From Myxococcota bacterium (GTDB taxonomy: Bacteria; Myxococcota_A; UBA796; CAJQPC01): a DNA stretch of 64,000 bases. The stretch is from assembly GCA_036229005.1 (NCBI GenBank), contig JAZAMN010000070.1, positions 22,267 to 86,266 of the forward strand, written 5' to 3'. The first letter of the stretch is position 1. Every line of letters starts with the position of its first letter. Below the pieces are notes generated by a model that had not been told where the DNA came from, did no database searches, and worked only from the letters and a program-made list of their open reading frames with translations. A program made the position numbers and the translations under genes. Positions 22,630 to 32,765 of this stretch are shown one piece after another.

Positions 22630-23462
22630 GGCGCTGCGAAGGCTCCCTCAGGGTCCGGCAAATCTACCAGCATCACGCCCTGCGGGCGCTGTCCCAGGAA
22701 GCGCAGGCCCACGTGGGCGAAGCGTTCGAGGTTGTCGGTGACCAGGTAGCGGGTGGGCTCGGGGGTGCGCTCGGGGGCCATCAGCCCGCGCTCCCGGAGG
22801 ATCTGCTCCAGGGCCAGGGCGGTGGTCTGGGCGGAGTCCACCAGGCTGACCCCGGGCAGGGCCTTCTCGATGACCTCGCGGAGCAGGGGGAAGTGGGTGC
22901 AGCCCAGGATGGCGGTGTCGACCTGCCCCAGCAGGTGGCCCAGGTAGCGGAGCGCGGTGGCCTCGGCGACCTCACCGGAGGTCCAGCCCTCCTCGGCCAG
23001 CGGGACGAACAGCGAGCAGGCCTGGCCGAGCGCGTGGACGCCGGCGGCCTCCAGGGCGGCCTGGTAGCGGCCCGCCCGCACGGTGCCTTCGGTGCCCAGG
23101 ACGGCGACGCGGCCCCCCTGAGTGACCTGGAGGGCGGCCTGGACGCCGGGCTCGATGACGCCGAGCACGGGCAGGCCGATGGTCTCCCCGGCGCGCTGCA
23201 GGTGCTCCAGGGCGTGCGCGGTGGCCGTGTTGCAGGCGATCACCAGGGCCTTGATGTCCTCGCGTACCAGGCGACTGGCGACCCGCTGGCTGTAGCGGAC
23301 GACCGTCTCGGGGGAGCGGGTGCCGTAGGGGACGCGGGCGGTGTCGCCCAGGTAGACCAGGGACTCGCTGGGCAGGCGCTCGCGGATGGCCTTGAGGACG
23401 GTCAGGCCGCCGACCCCGGAGTCGAAGACACCGATGGGGGCCGTTGGGGAGGGCGCGGTCAT
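22626..23462 (-). CDS. murI: Glutamate racemase
   Basis: FDSGVGGLTV, PYG, IACNTA, LGCTHFP. Confidence 0.96.
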   Translation of the reverse strand: MTAPSPTAPIGVFDSGVGGLTVLKAIRERLPSESLVYLGDTARVPYGTRSPETVVRYSQRVASRLVREDIKALVIACNTATAHALEHLQRAGETIGLPVLGVIEPGVQAALQVTQGGRVAVLGTEGTVRAGRYQAALEAAGVHALGQACSLFVPLAEEGWTSGEVAEATALRYLGHLLGQVDTAILGCTHFPLLREVIEKALPGVSLVDSAQTTALALEQILRERGLMAPERTPEPTRYLVTDNLERFAHVGLRFLGQRPQGVMLVDLPDPEGAFAAP

Positions 23463-23488
23463 GGTGGCTCCGGGTTAGCCAGGGGTTC

Positions 23489-24013
23489 ATGCGGATAGCG
23501 GTGTACGGCGGCAGCTTCAACCCCCCTCATGTGGGCCACGCGATGGTGGCCTCCTGGCTGCAGCTCTGCGGCCGGGCGGACGAGGTCTGGCTGATCCCCA
23601 CGGCCTCCCACGCCTTCGCCAAGGAGCTCGCGCCCTTCGCCCAGCGGGTGGCCTGCTGCGAGGCCCTGGCGGGCAGCCTGGGGCCCTGGTGCAGGGTCTC
23701 CCGGATCGAGGCGGAGCTGCCCACCCCCAACTACACCTTCGACACCCTGAGCGAGCTCTCCCGGCGCCACCCCGAGCACAGCTTCCGGCTGGTGATCGGC
23801 GCGGACAACCTGGAGCAGCGCCACCTGTGGCACCGCTGGGAGGACATCGCCGCGGGCTTCGACCCCATCGTGGTCGGGCGCGCGGGCTATGCCGAGATCC
23901 CGGACGCTCCGACCTTCCCCGGTGTGTCCTCGACCCAGGTACGCCGCCTGCTGGCGGCTGGCTCCCCGGTCGACCACCTGGTCCCCCAGGCGGTGCTCCA
24001 GGTGTTGTCGTGA
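23489..24013 (+). CDS. nadD: Nicotinate-nucleotide adenylyltransferase
   Basis: YGGSFNPPHVGH, YTFDTL, IGADN, VSSTQVR. Confidence 0.92.
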   Translation: MRIAVYGGSFNPPHVGHAMVASWLQLCGRADEVWLIPTASHAFAKELAPFAQRVACCEALAGSLGPWCRVSRIEAELPTPNYTFDTLSELSRRHPEHSFRLVIGADNLEQRHLWHRWEDIAAGFDPIVVGRAGYAEIPDAPTFPGVSSTQVRRLLAAGSPVDHLVPQAVLQVLS

Positions 24014-24678
24014 AGCCGCTGATCCTCTTCGACATCGACGGGACCCTGCTCTCCACGGAGGGCGCGGGCCGCGCTTCCCTCACCCAGGCCTTCCAGGAGC
24101 GCTTTGGGGTCGAGGACGCGTTCGCGGGACTCTCGTTCGCCGGCGCCACGGATCTGGGCATCACAGGGCGGGCCTTCGCGCACGCAGGGCTGGAGCCAGA
24201 CTTCGCCGCCCTGGAGGAGGCCTATCTGCCCCTGCTCTCGGAGCGGCTCGGGATCCAGGCTCCCCGCTTGTGCCCCGGGGTGCCGGACATCCTGGCCCCC
24301 TGCGCTCAGCGAGCTCACCTGGCGCTGCTCACCGGGAACTGGCTCCAGGGCGCCAGGATCAAGCTGCAGGCGGCGGGTCTGCTGGAGCACTTCGACCCCT
24401 GGGTGGGGGCCTTCGGGGACGACGCCGCGGACCGGAACCTGCTGGTGCCCGTGGCCGAGCAGCGGGCGCGCGAGCAGGGGCTGCCCCTGGGCCGGACTGT
24501 CGTGATCGGCGACACGCCGCGGGACGTGGAGTGTGCACGCGCCGGGGGGGCCATCGCGGTGGCGGTGTGTACGGGCTGGAGCGATCGCGAGACCCTGGCG
24601 GCGACCGAGCCGGACCTGCTGATCGAAGACCTGCGCAGGGAGGGGAGCGCCCTGCTGCGGCTGTTGGAGAGTCTGTAG
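24010..24678 (+). CDS. HAD-superfamily hydrolase
   Basis: LFDIDGTL, LLTGN, IGDTPRDV; GTGA overlap with nadD. Confidence 0.9.
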   Translation: MKPLILFDIDGTLLSTEGAGRASLTQAFQERFGVEDAFAGLSFAGATDLGITGRAFAHAGLEPDFAALEEAYLPLLSERLGIQAPRLCPGVPDILAPCAQRAHLALLTGNWLQGARIKLQAAGLLEHFDPWVGAFGDDAADRNLLVPVAEQRAREQGLPLGRTVVIGDTPRDVECARAGGAIAVAVCTGWSDRETLAATEPDLLIEDLRREGSALLRLLESL

Positions 24679-24765
24679 GCCCAGCCTGTCCTCGCTGGTG
24701 TTTTCCAGTCCCTGACAGCTTGAGTGTGCGCGCCGTTGGAGAGTGGTGGGCAGGAGGGTTCCCAA

Positions 24766-25443
24766 ATGCACCTCAGCCTCTTTCTTTCCCTGGTGGGTTG
24801 CCGCGGCAACCTGGAGATCAACTCCGCCGAAGACCTGATCAACGCCTGCGAGGAGCTCAAGCAGGAAGACGAGACCGTGAACATGACCTTCCTGGGCCAC
24901 AGCGATGGCTGCGCCTGGGGGGAGGACGGCAACGGTGACCGAACGCAGGGCGTGATCAGCGCGCGCCGCGAGGACTACCAGTCCATGGAGCTGCCCGAGG
25001 GCGGCGTGGCCTGTGACCTGCAGTTCGACTTCTACGGGCTGAACCCGGATCTGGAGCAGGAGATCACCTACGACGACCACTTCATGCTCACCTTCAACGA
25101 CGTGATCCTGGCGAGCAGCTCCATCGAGATGATGGAGGACCTGGAGCAGAGCGAGGAGGGCTGGTACGTCTACGACTGGGAGCAGATCCGGGGCACAACC
25201 CTCGAGATGCAGGCCGAGACCTACTGTCTGGGCAGTGACTCCGACTGCGAGGTCCCCGCGACCGAGACCCCGGGCCCCATCCGTCTGAGCTTCTCCGGCG
25301 AGCTGGTCCAGCAGCTTGGCTACCTGGGTGTGGAGCAGGGGCGCTACGACTTCGGCTTCATCACCTTCGGCGACAACGACGACTCGGACTGCTACCACGA
25401 GGCCTTCACGTTCAAGGTGGGTGTGCCGGTGGTCTACCCCTGA
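24766..25443 (+). CDS. Acidic, Cys-rich hypothetical lipoprotein
   Basis: SD GGAGG; MHLSLFLSLVGC lipobox; six further Cys. Confidence 0.7.
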   Translation: MHLSLFLSLVGCRGNLEINSAEDLINACEELKQEDETVNMTFLGHSDGCAWGEDGNGDRTQGVISARREDYQSMELPEGGVACDLQFDFYGLNPDLEQEITYDDHFMLTFNDVILASSSIEMMEDLEQSEEGWYVYDWEQIRGTTLEMQAETYCLGSDSDCEVPATETPGPIRLSFSGELVQQLGYLGVEQGRYDFGFITFGDNDDSDCYHEAFTFKVGVPVVYP

Positions 25444-25495
25444 AAAAAGGGGCGCAACTTGGTTCCATATGTGGGTCAGTGAGTCAGGAGTTCTA

Positions 25496-26050
25496 ATGAC
25501 TGACCTGAAACTGACTGTATTGTGTGGAACCAACCGCCCCGGGGCCCGCAGCCGCCTGGTGAGCAAGCGCCTGATGGAGCGCTACGAGGCCTTTGAGGGG
25601 GTACAGGTCCGCCTGATGGACCTGGCCGACCTGCCGGTGGAGCTTGCCGCGCCGGAGTCCTTTGCCAACAAGCCGCCGGGCTTCGCGCCTTTCGTCGAGC
25701 AGATCCAGGAGAGCGACGCTGTGCACGTGGTCAGCCCCGAGTACAACGGCGGCTATCCCGGCATCCTCAAGCTCTTCATCGACCCCCGGCCCTTCCCCGA
25801 GAGCCTGGAGAAGCGGCCGGTGGCGTTCACGGGGGTCGCGGCCGGGCGCTTTGGGGCCCTGCGTCCCATCGAGCAGCTACAGGCCATCTTTGGCTACCGC
25901 AACGCCCACATCTACCCCGAGCGCATCTTCATCGCGGGCGCCGCCGACGCCCTGGATGAGCGCGGCGAGGTCATCGACGACTTTGTCCGGGGGCTGGTCG
26001 ACCAGCAGGTCTCGGGGTTCGTGGAGTTCGCCCGGAAGCTCAAGGGCTGA
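25496..26050 (+). CDS. NADPH-dependent FMN reductase
   Basis: GTNRPGARS, SPEYNGGYPGILK; SD AGGAG. Confidence 0.9.
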   Translation: MTDLKLTVLCGTNRPGARSRLVSKRLMERYEAFEGVQVRLMDLADLPVELAAPESFANKPPGFAPFVEQIQESDAVHVVSPEYNGGYPGILKLFIDPRPFPESLEKRPVAFTGVAAGRFGALRPIEQLQAIFGYRNAHIYPERIFIAGAADALDERGEVIDDFVRGLVDQQVSGFVEFARKLKG

Positions 26051-26057
26051 GCTTGGC

Positions 26058-27530
26058 TCACTCCCCGGGGACCGCCGGGAAGAAGCTGAGGTCGTCGACG
26101 GCTGCGAGGCGCTCGCTCTCGGCGCCGCCGATGATGAGCACGCCGTAGCGGAGGTCCGAGGCCACGCTCGGGTTGATCACGGCGTTGGGGGTCCCACCGG
26201 AGCTGTCGCTGGCGGTGCACCCGTCCAGCACGGCGAAGCTCTGGTCCGTGGGGTCGAAGCGCTCGACGCAGGAGATCTGGTCGCCGCCGGGGACCGGGAG
26301 CGTGTTGGGCTGGAGCTCCGCGGCGCCTCCGATCACCAGGGCGCTCCCGTCGGGGAGGGGGACGGTCTTGTGGCGGGCGCGCGCGATGTTCAAGGGCCCT
26401 GCCTCGGTCCAGGCGTCCTCGGCGACGTCGTAGAGCCAGGCGTCCGTCTCGGCCTCACCATTGACGCTGGCGCCGCCAGTCGCCAGGACCAGGCCGTCGG
26501 TCAGTTGGGTGAGCTGGAGGGCACCGCGGGGCGCGGGGAGCGGGGCTGCGTCGCTGAGGTTGCCGGAGAAGTCCAGGATGAAGCACTCGTCGGTGAACGC
26601 CTCATCGCCCAGGTCCATGCCGCCGCAGATCAGGATGCCCTCCAGGCCCAGCGGCGCGGCGCTCGGGTTGAAGGTGCCGAGCTGCGCCGCAGGCTCGATG
26701 CTGTCATCGGCGGCCCGGTAGATCTCGATCTGCCGGATGGCGTTCGACGCGCTGATGCCGCTGATGAGCGCGACGTCCCCGTTGTGGAAGGGGACGGCCT
26801 GGTGGTCCACGCGGGCCTCCTCCAGGTCCAGCAGCTCCGAGAAGGTCCCGGTGCTGGGGTCAAAGAGCACGGCCTGGGCGAGCGCGTCGTTCTCCATGTA
26901 GTCCAGGCTGGGGCCGCCACCCGCGATCAGCACGCGCCCGTCCTGCAGCAGGGTGGCGGTGGAGCCGGCCCAGGTGTCGGTGCCCGTGCCGTTGTCGGGC
27001 ATGGTGTAGTCCTGGGCGGTCAGCGTGAGCGCGTCGGGCCCGGTCAGGTCGATCGCCCGCACCAGGTTGCTGCCCTCTGTGCTGCCCGCGACGCCGTAGT
27101 CCATGCGCTTGGTGTCACCGCCAAAGACCCAGAACACGCCATCGATCGCGACGACCGCGCCGCCGACGAGCGGGGTGTCCATGGTCGGGAACCAGCCGAC
27201 CTGCTCCGTGGAGGCCACCAGCACCGGGGCCTCCAGCTTGCCGGTCTGGAGGGTGATGGGCTGGCTCCGACCGAACGCGGACAGAGCCGTGCCGCTGTAC
27301 CCCTTCACCGCGATCGTGCCGCCCTCCAGCGCGCCCATCTCACCCAGCGCGGGGCTGCCGGAGAGCTCGTCGAGCGTGTACGCCTCTTCGCTGCCGTCTG
27401 CGTGCTCGACCACCAGGTCGATGCGGGTGAGCCCATCGAAGGGGAGCTGGTTCTCCGGGACGATCGGGACGAGCTGGAGGTTGTAGTCTGCGCCCTCGCC
27501 ACACCCCAGCATCAGCATCAGCAGGCCCAA
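26058..27530 (-). CDS. Kelch-repeat (beta-propeller) lipoprotein
   Basis: SD GGAGG and TTG start; MGLLMLMLGC; kelch motifs ATLLQDGRVLIAGG, LTDGLVLATGG, LPDGSALVIGG. Confidence 0.75.
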   Translation of the reverse strand: MGLLMLMLGCGEGADYNLQLVPIVPENQLPFDGLTRIDLVVEHADGSEEAYTLDELSGSPALGEMGALEGGTIAVKGYSGTALSAFGRSQPITLQTGKLEAPVLVASTEQVGWFPTMDTPLVGGAVVAIDGVFWVFGGDTKRMDYGVAGSTEGSNLVRAIDLTGPDALTLTAQDYTMPDNGTGTDTWAGSTATLLQDGRVLIAGGGPSLDYMENDALAQAVLFDPSTGTFSELLDLEEARVDHQAVPFHNGDVALISGISASNAIRQIEIYRAADDSIEPAAQLGTFNPSAAPLGLEGILICGGMDLGDEAFTDECFILDFSGNLSDAAPLPAPRGALQLTQLTDGLVLATGGASVNGEAETDAWLYDVAEDAWTEAGPLNIARARHKTVPLPDGSALVIGGAAELQPNTLPVPGGDQISCVERFDPTDQSFAVLDGCTASDSSGGTPNAVINPSVASDLRYGVLIIGGAESERLAAVDDLSFFPAVPGE

Positions 27531-27687
27531 GTGGCCCTCCAGGCAATACCGACAGGGTAGGAGCGGCGAGCGGCCCCTGTCAACGCGCGCCCCGCAGCCT
27601 CTCGCGGCGCCCTCCGCAATCCCGGGGGCCAGGCGCGATATGGGGTCCCCGGCCGGCCACCCGTGCCCCAACCTTCGGAGTCCCCCC

Positions 27688-28431
27688 ATGGAGATGCAGC
27701 TCCAGAGTGCCCTGCTGTCCGAGCTCCCCGGCCTGCGGCACGGCTTCACGACCCGACACGGCGGCGTCTCCACCGGTCCCCTGTCCACCCTGAACCTGGC
27801 GCTCCGACAGGGGCAGGATCCCGAGGGGCTGGTGGAGAACTGGACCCGCGTGCTGCACCCCCTGGACCCTGCGGCCCTCGCCATCGCCGATCAAGTGCAC
27901 GCCGACGAGGTCATCCGTGTACAGACCGGCGCCGGACCGCTGGACACCGTCGGCGCCGCGGACGCCCTGATCACCGACCGCCCCGGGGTCCCCATTGCGG
28001 TCCGGACGGCGGACTGCGTGCCCATCCTGCTGGCTGCTCCGGGGGCTGTCGCAGCAGTCCACGCTGGCTGGCGCGGCACCACAGCTCCAATCATCCCGCC
28101 CGCGGTCGCCGCCCTCTGCGAGCTGGCCGGATGTCCCCCCTCGGAGCTCCGGGCGGCCATCGGCCCCTGCATCTCCCTGGCCAGCTACGAGGTCGGCCCA
28201 GAGGTGGTCCGCGCCCTCACCAACCTGGACCTGCACGTCTGCGTGGATCGCAGCGCGACCGGCCGCACCCACGTTGACCTCGCTCGGGCCAACCGACTGC
28301 TCCTGCATCGGGTCGGCGTCCAGCGGGTGGAGGTGTTGGGCCACTGCACCCTGCGCGACGACCGCTTCTACTCCCACCGCGGACAAGGCCCGAGCACCGG
28401 ACGGCAGGCGGCCTGGATCAGCCTGTGTTGA
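27688..28431 (+). CDS. pgeF: Peptidoglycan editing factor PgeF/YfiH (purine nucleoside phosphorylase-like)
   Basis: HGFTTRHGG, QVH, TADCVPILL, HAGWRG, IGPCI, FYSHR. Confidence 0.93.
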   Translation: MEMQLQSALLSELPGLRHGFTTRHGGVSTGPLSTLNLALRQGQDPEGLVENWTRVLHPLDPAALAIADQVHADEVIRVQTGAGPLDTVGAADALITDRPGVPIAVRTADCVPILLAAPGAVAAVHAGWRGTTAPIIPPAVAALCELAGCPPSELRAAIGPCISLASYEVGPEVVRALTNLDLHVCVDRSATGRTHVDLARANRLLLHRVGVQRVEVLGHCTLRDDRFYSHRGQGPSTGRQAAWISLC

Positions 28432-29453
28432 TGCTCCTGGCGCTGGCCTGCAATGAGCCCCAGGTGGACCCACTCAGGGCGGCGGTGCTCTCCTTCCAGG
28501 CGGGCAAGGAAGCGCTCTCGCAGGGGGACCCCCAGGCGGCGGCGGAGGCCTTCGCCCAGGCCCAGGCGCTGGATCCCCAGTCGGCGGAGCTCGCGCTGTG
28601 GCACGGGCAGGCGCTGGCGGAAGCAGGGGATCTGCCAGGTGCGATCGCGCAGGCGGACCGGGCTGTGAGCCTCCGTCCGGGGTTGGTGGAGGGCTGGTAC
28701 AATCGGGCGTGCTGGAAGGCGCGCGCCGGGGATCTGGAGGGCGCGGCCTCGGACCTGGCGCAGGCCCTGCGTTCACCGGAGCTGGACCCCCTCTCGGTCG
28801 CTGTGGACCCGGATCTGCAGGCGCTGCGCGAGCACCCCGAGTTCGCCTCCGTGATGCCCTCTGCGGAGCTCCCTCTGGCTGCGGAGATCGACCCCGGGCC
28901 GCACTTCCTGGGCGCCGGGCTCGAGCTGCGCCTGACCCTGGACAGGGGAGGGGAGCTGAGCCCCAGCCTGTCGTCCGCTTCAGAGCCCTCCGCTCTGTTG
29001 AGGCCGACCTCGGTGATCCAGGACCTGGATCCCAACCGTCCGGGCGCGCTGGGCCTGCGCGTACGCTTCAAGGCTCTGGGCCCCGGCGAGGTCACGCTGG
29101 GACCAATCACCGCCCAGGCCGGCGCGCTCCAGGGCCATTCCGAGGCGCTCGGGGTCCAGCTCCTGGCCCCCCCGGACACGCCGCTCCCTACCCAGGTGGC
29201 CTGGGCGCCCATCTGGAGCTTGCCTGCGTCCCTGCTCACCGGTGAGCCTGGAGCCCGGGCCGTGCAGGGCTGGTGTCTGGTGGAGCTGCTGCCTGGAGAT
29301 CGGGCGCGCTGGGAGGCCACCGGGGTCGTCGAGGTCGAGCTCCGGGAGGGGACCCGGGTCCTCCGGCGGGGACTGCTGGGCCAGAGCGAAGCCGGCGCGT
29401 CCGTGGTGATCGAGCGCGCCGGTCAGACGACCTGGTCAGGGAGCTGCCCCTAG
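28425..29453 (+). CDS. TPR-containing lipoprotein with a C-terminal beta-sandwich
   Basis: MLMLLALAC; TPR (WYNRACWKAR); GEVTLGPIT resembles a BatD/Ig-like strand. Confidence 0.65.
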   Translation: MLMLLALACNEPQVDPLRAAVLSFQAGKEALSQGDPQAAAEAFAQAQALDPQSAELALWHGQALAEAGDLPGAIAQADRAVSLRPGLVEGWYNRACWKARAGDLEGAASDLAQALRSPELDPLSVAVDPDLQALREHPEFASVMPSAELPLAAEIDPGPHFLGAGLELRLTLDRGGELSPSLSSASEPSALLRPTSVIQDLDPNRPGALGLRVRFKALGPGEVTLGPITAQAGALQGHSEALGVQLLAPPDTPLPTQVAWAPIWSLPASLLTGEPGARAVQGWCLVELLPGDRARWEATGVVEVELREGTRVLRRGLLGQSEAGASVVIERAGQTTWSGSCP

Positions 29454-29466
29454 GGGCGCCCGGGGC

Positions 29467-32400
29467 TCAGATCTCGCAGGCGGAGCAGCCGTCGGTGGTG
29501 CCGCTGCCGTTGCCGCTCAGGTCGTTGGAGTCGCAGCTGTCGAAGCTGACGCTCGCGTCACAGACCATGCCGTAGCCGCTGTTCCCGGTGATGGTGTTGG
29601 AGTCCACGTCGGCGTCGAAGCCGCCCAGGTAGACGCCGCCCAGGGTGTTGCCGGTGTAGCTGCCGCCGGAGAGCACCACGCTGCCGGACAGCGCGCCGGC
29701 CACGCCGTCGCAGTCGCCGTCGATGCCCGGAGTGTCGGTGCCGCCGGGGTTGCGGGCGGCGTTGTACTCGTCGCAGTCGCCGTCGCTCACCCCGTAGCCG
29801 TCACCGTCGATGTCGCTGGTGGTCCAGGTGCCGCTCCCGCTGAGGCCGTCGCAGTTGAGGTCCTCGTAGGAGTAGGTGGACTCGGATGCGCCGGGGTACG
29901 CGCCGCTGTCGAAGTCGTTGCAGTCACCATCGGCCACGGTGTAGCCGTCGCCATCGGCGTCCTGGCCAGACCAGAATCCGTAGCCGGCGTTGCCGCTCAA
30001 GATGGCGCCGCTCAGGGTCAGGTCACCGGAGTTCTGCACGCCGTGGGAGCTGGATCCGCTGACGCTCAACCCAGAGATGCTGGCCTGGCCCATGTCCATG
30101 AGCGTGAGTCCGACACCGGCGGCGTCGTCGATCGAGACGCCACTCAGAGCCACGGATCCGGTCTGGCCGTTGCCCTTGATGCTCATCGCGGAGCTGCCGG
30201 TGCTGCTGATCTCCAGGCCGCTCGCCAGGAGCACGGGGGACTCATCGCCCCAGCTCACGTCGACCGCAGCGTAGGAGGAGCTGCCCTTGCTGGACCCCTC
30301 GGAGACCGTCACGTCGTTCAGCTCCAGGGAGCCGCCCGTGGACAGCAGGCTGTGGTAGTCGGCCCCGGACACGGTGACCTCGTCGAGGCTCAGATCGCAG
30401 CCCTGGTTGTAGATGGCCGCGACGCCTGAGGAGTTGTAGGTGCTGCTGGAGATCTCCGTCCCGTCTGCTGCCTCGTACCGGGTCTGGCTGGTGCGCTGCA
30501 TGGTGCCGCTGACGCTGAGGCCGTCGACCTCCACCGTGGCGCCGGAGCAGCGCAGGGCCGTGTAGCCCAGGTTCGAGACGCTCAGGTCGCTGACCTCGAT
30601 GTCGCCGTAGGCCGGGTCGGTGTCCGACCGGTAGATGTAGAGCACCGAGTCGTTGTAGTCGGTGAAGCTCAGGTTGCTCAGGGTGACGTCGGAGTCACCG
30701 CCGATGATCTGGATGCCATCGGAGCCGGTGGTGAAGGTGGAGTTGCTGATCTCGGTGGAGATCGCGCCGTTGGAGACCACGTCCACGGAGTACCAGGCAG
30801 CGTAGGCGCGCACGGGCCGGTAGACCGCGAAGTTGGAGTCGGTGACGGCCGTCGCGGGGGGGCTGACGAGCTCGACCTCGGTGCCGCTGGTGATCGAGGC
30901 GACCTCCAGGTACTCGTAGGTGCTGTACATGTAGAGCAGATCGCCGACCATCAGCCCACCAGCGACCAGATCGGTGGTGCTCGTGAAGGTGGTTGAGTCC
31001 GTGGTCGCGTTCCCCCCGGTCCCGTAGAACTGGTACTGGTTGGAGTCGTAGCTGTACTCCCAGGTGTTGTCCTCGAACACCAGCCCGTCCGCGATCAGGG
31101 TGCCGAAGTAGTTGGCGATGCCGCCGTAGTTCGGGCTCTTGGAGAAGGTGGTGTTGCTGATGTCCAGGGTGGAGGAGAGGCCCCAGAGGCCGATGCCCAG
31201 CGTTCCGCCACCGTCCCAACCACCGTTGGACACCTCTGCGCCTTCCATCTTCCAGTTGGAGTTCTGGATGGTCGCCGAGGTCACCGCGGAGTCGACGATG
31301 CCGCCGCCGCTCCAGTCCACGTCCGCGTCGAAGGCCTGCACGCCGTAGCCTACGGACAGGGAGCCGCCGACGTTGACCAGCTCGGGGTTGTCGGCCAGGC
31401 GTAGCTGCTCGACCCAGGTGTCGGTCACCACGAAGTCGCCGCTGAGCAGGCGCACGCCGTAGCGCCCACAGTCGGTGACCGTCAGGCCGGAGATGTCGGC
31501 GGTGACGGAGTCTTCGCGCGCGCCGACCGCCACGCCCTGGGCGTTCCACCCGCTGACCGTGACGTTGTCGATGGTGACGGCGCCGTCGGTCTCTGCGATG
31601 AGGCCGCCGCCGCTCCAGGCTTCCGGGTCGTCGTAGGAGTCGAACGCGATCGCCGGGTCCGTGGTGAAGCTGCTGTCCACGACGGAGATGTCATCGCTCG
31701 TGCTGACGAGGAGGGCGCCGACCGTGACGGCATCGGTGACAGTCACCCCCTCCAGATCTGCGCTGCCGAACACCGCGTAGACGCCATAGAGGCCGCCGGC
31801 GAGGGCATCGCCGGTCATCACGACATCGCCCGTGTCGACCAGGACGTGGACGAAGTTGTTGGTCATCACGTTGTTCTCGGTGACGAAGTCGGCGTTCTCG
31901 CCCCAGAAGGCGAAGCCGTCGCTGACGCTGCCGTTCTCGTCCAGTTCGGTGTAGCTGACGCCCGTGATGGTGTTGTTGGTGGCGGTGGCCTGAGCGCCCT
32001 CGATGGCGTGGATGGCGAAGCCCAGCGCGTCGGTGATCTGGGAGTCCGACAGGGTGATGCTGCCGCCGGAGACCTCGATCGCGCCGTAACCAGGGGCGGT
32101 GAAGGTCGCGTTGCTTACGCTGACGCCCGTGCTGTCGGTGGACTTGAGCGCGGTGTTGGCGATGCTGTCGAACACGACCCCGTCGATGCTGACGTTGGAG
32201 GCGCTGGTGAGCTCGATACCGTTGCGCTCGGAGAGCAGGGTGAAGCCCTCGATGCGGACATCGCTGGCTCCAGCGACCTTGACCGCGGCCTCGTTGGTGG
32301 GGGCGGTCCAGGTCAGCAGCTCCGCGCCCGGGCCCTTGATGGTCACCGACTTGCCGACCTCTGCGGCCTGGTCCATGGACTCACACGCAGAGAGGTCCAG

Positions 32401-32610
32401 GGTGTCACCGTCTTCGGCGACGGTCAGGGCGTCTGCGATCAGGGCGTAGCCTTCGCTCCGCCCGCCCTCGATCAGGATGCATCCCTCCTCGTACCAGGCG
32501 TCCCCGGTGTCGTCGGGGGTGGTGCCGGTGTCGTCGTTGTTCTGGCCGTCCTTGTTGCAGCCGGCGAACACGAAGAGACCAGCGAGGAGGATCAGCGGGC
32601 GCTGGGACAT
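29467..32610 (-). CDS. Large surface lipoprotein with right-handed beta-helix repeats and Cys/Asp metal-binding (DxDGDG...DCND) repeats
   Basis: MSQRPLILLAGLFVFAGC; many PbH1-like repeats; DADGDGY..DCNDFD..YPGA..EDLNCDG type motif twice. Confidence 0.8.
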   Translation of the reverse strand: MSQRPLILLAGLFVFAGCNKDGQNNDDTGTTPDDTGDAWYEEGCILIEGGRSEGYALIADALTVAEDGDTLDLSACESMDQAAEVGKSVTIKGPGAELLTWTAPTNEAAVKVAGASDVRIEGFTLLSERNGIELTSASNVSIDGVVFDSIANTALKSTDSTGVSVSNATFTAPGYGAIEVSGGSITLSDSQITDALGFAIHAIEGAQATATNNTITGVSYTELDENGSVSDGFAFWGENADFVTENNVMTNNFVHVLVDTGDVVMTGDALAGGLYGVYAVFGSADLEGVTVTDAVTVGALLVSTSDDISVVDSSFTTDPAIAFDSYDDPEAWSGGGLIAETDGAVTIDNVTVSGWNAQGVAVGAREDSVTADISGLTVTDCGRYGVRLLSGDFVVTDTWVEQLRLADNPELVNVGGSLSVGYGVQAFDADVDWSGGGIVDSAVTSATIQNSNWKMEGAEVSNGGWDGGGTLGIGLWGLSSTLDISNTTFSKSPNYGGIANYFGTLIADGLVFEDNTWEYSYDSNQYQFYGTGGNATTDSTTFTSTTDLVAGGLMVGDLLYMYSTYEYLEVASITSGTEVELVSPPATAVTDSNFAVYRPVRAYAAWYSVDVVSNGAISTEISNSTFTTGSDGIQIIGGDSDVTLSNLSFTDYNDSVLYIYRSDTDPAYGDIEVSDLSVSNLGYTALRCSGATVEVDGLSVSGTMQRTSQTRYEAADGTEISSSTYNSSGVAAIYNQGCDLSLDEVTVSGADYHSLLSTGGSLELNDVTVSEGSSKGSSSYAAVDVSWGDESPVLLASGLEISSTGSSAMSIKGNGQTGSVALSGVSIDDAAGVGLTLMDMGQASISGLSVSGSSSHGVQNSGDLTLSGAILSGNAGYGFWSGQDADGDGYTVADGDCNDFDSGAYPGASESTYSYEDLNCDGLSGSGTWTTSDIDGDGYGVSDGDCDEYNAARNPGGTDTPGIDGDCDGVAGALSGSVVLSGGSYTGNTLGGVYLGGFDADVDSNTITGNSGYGMVCDASVSFDSCDSNDLSGNGSGTTDGCSACEI

Positions 32611-32765
32611 ATGAGGAACCTCGTCAGCGGGCGAAAGCCCGGTCATGACGGGCAGGGTAGCGCTGAGGCGTTCGCTCCACAAGCGGCTGGGCAGCACAGC
32701 TTGCGGCTGGTTAGGCCCCAAGCCCACCGGGGCCCGGACAACCCGCCCTGACAAGGAGCGACCGC

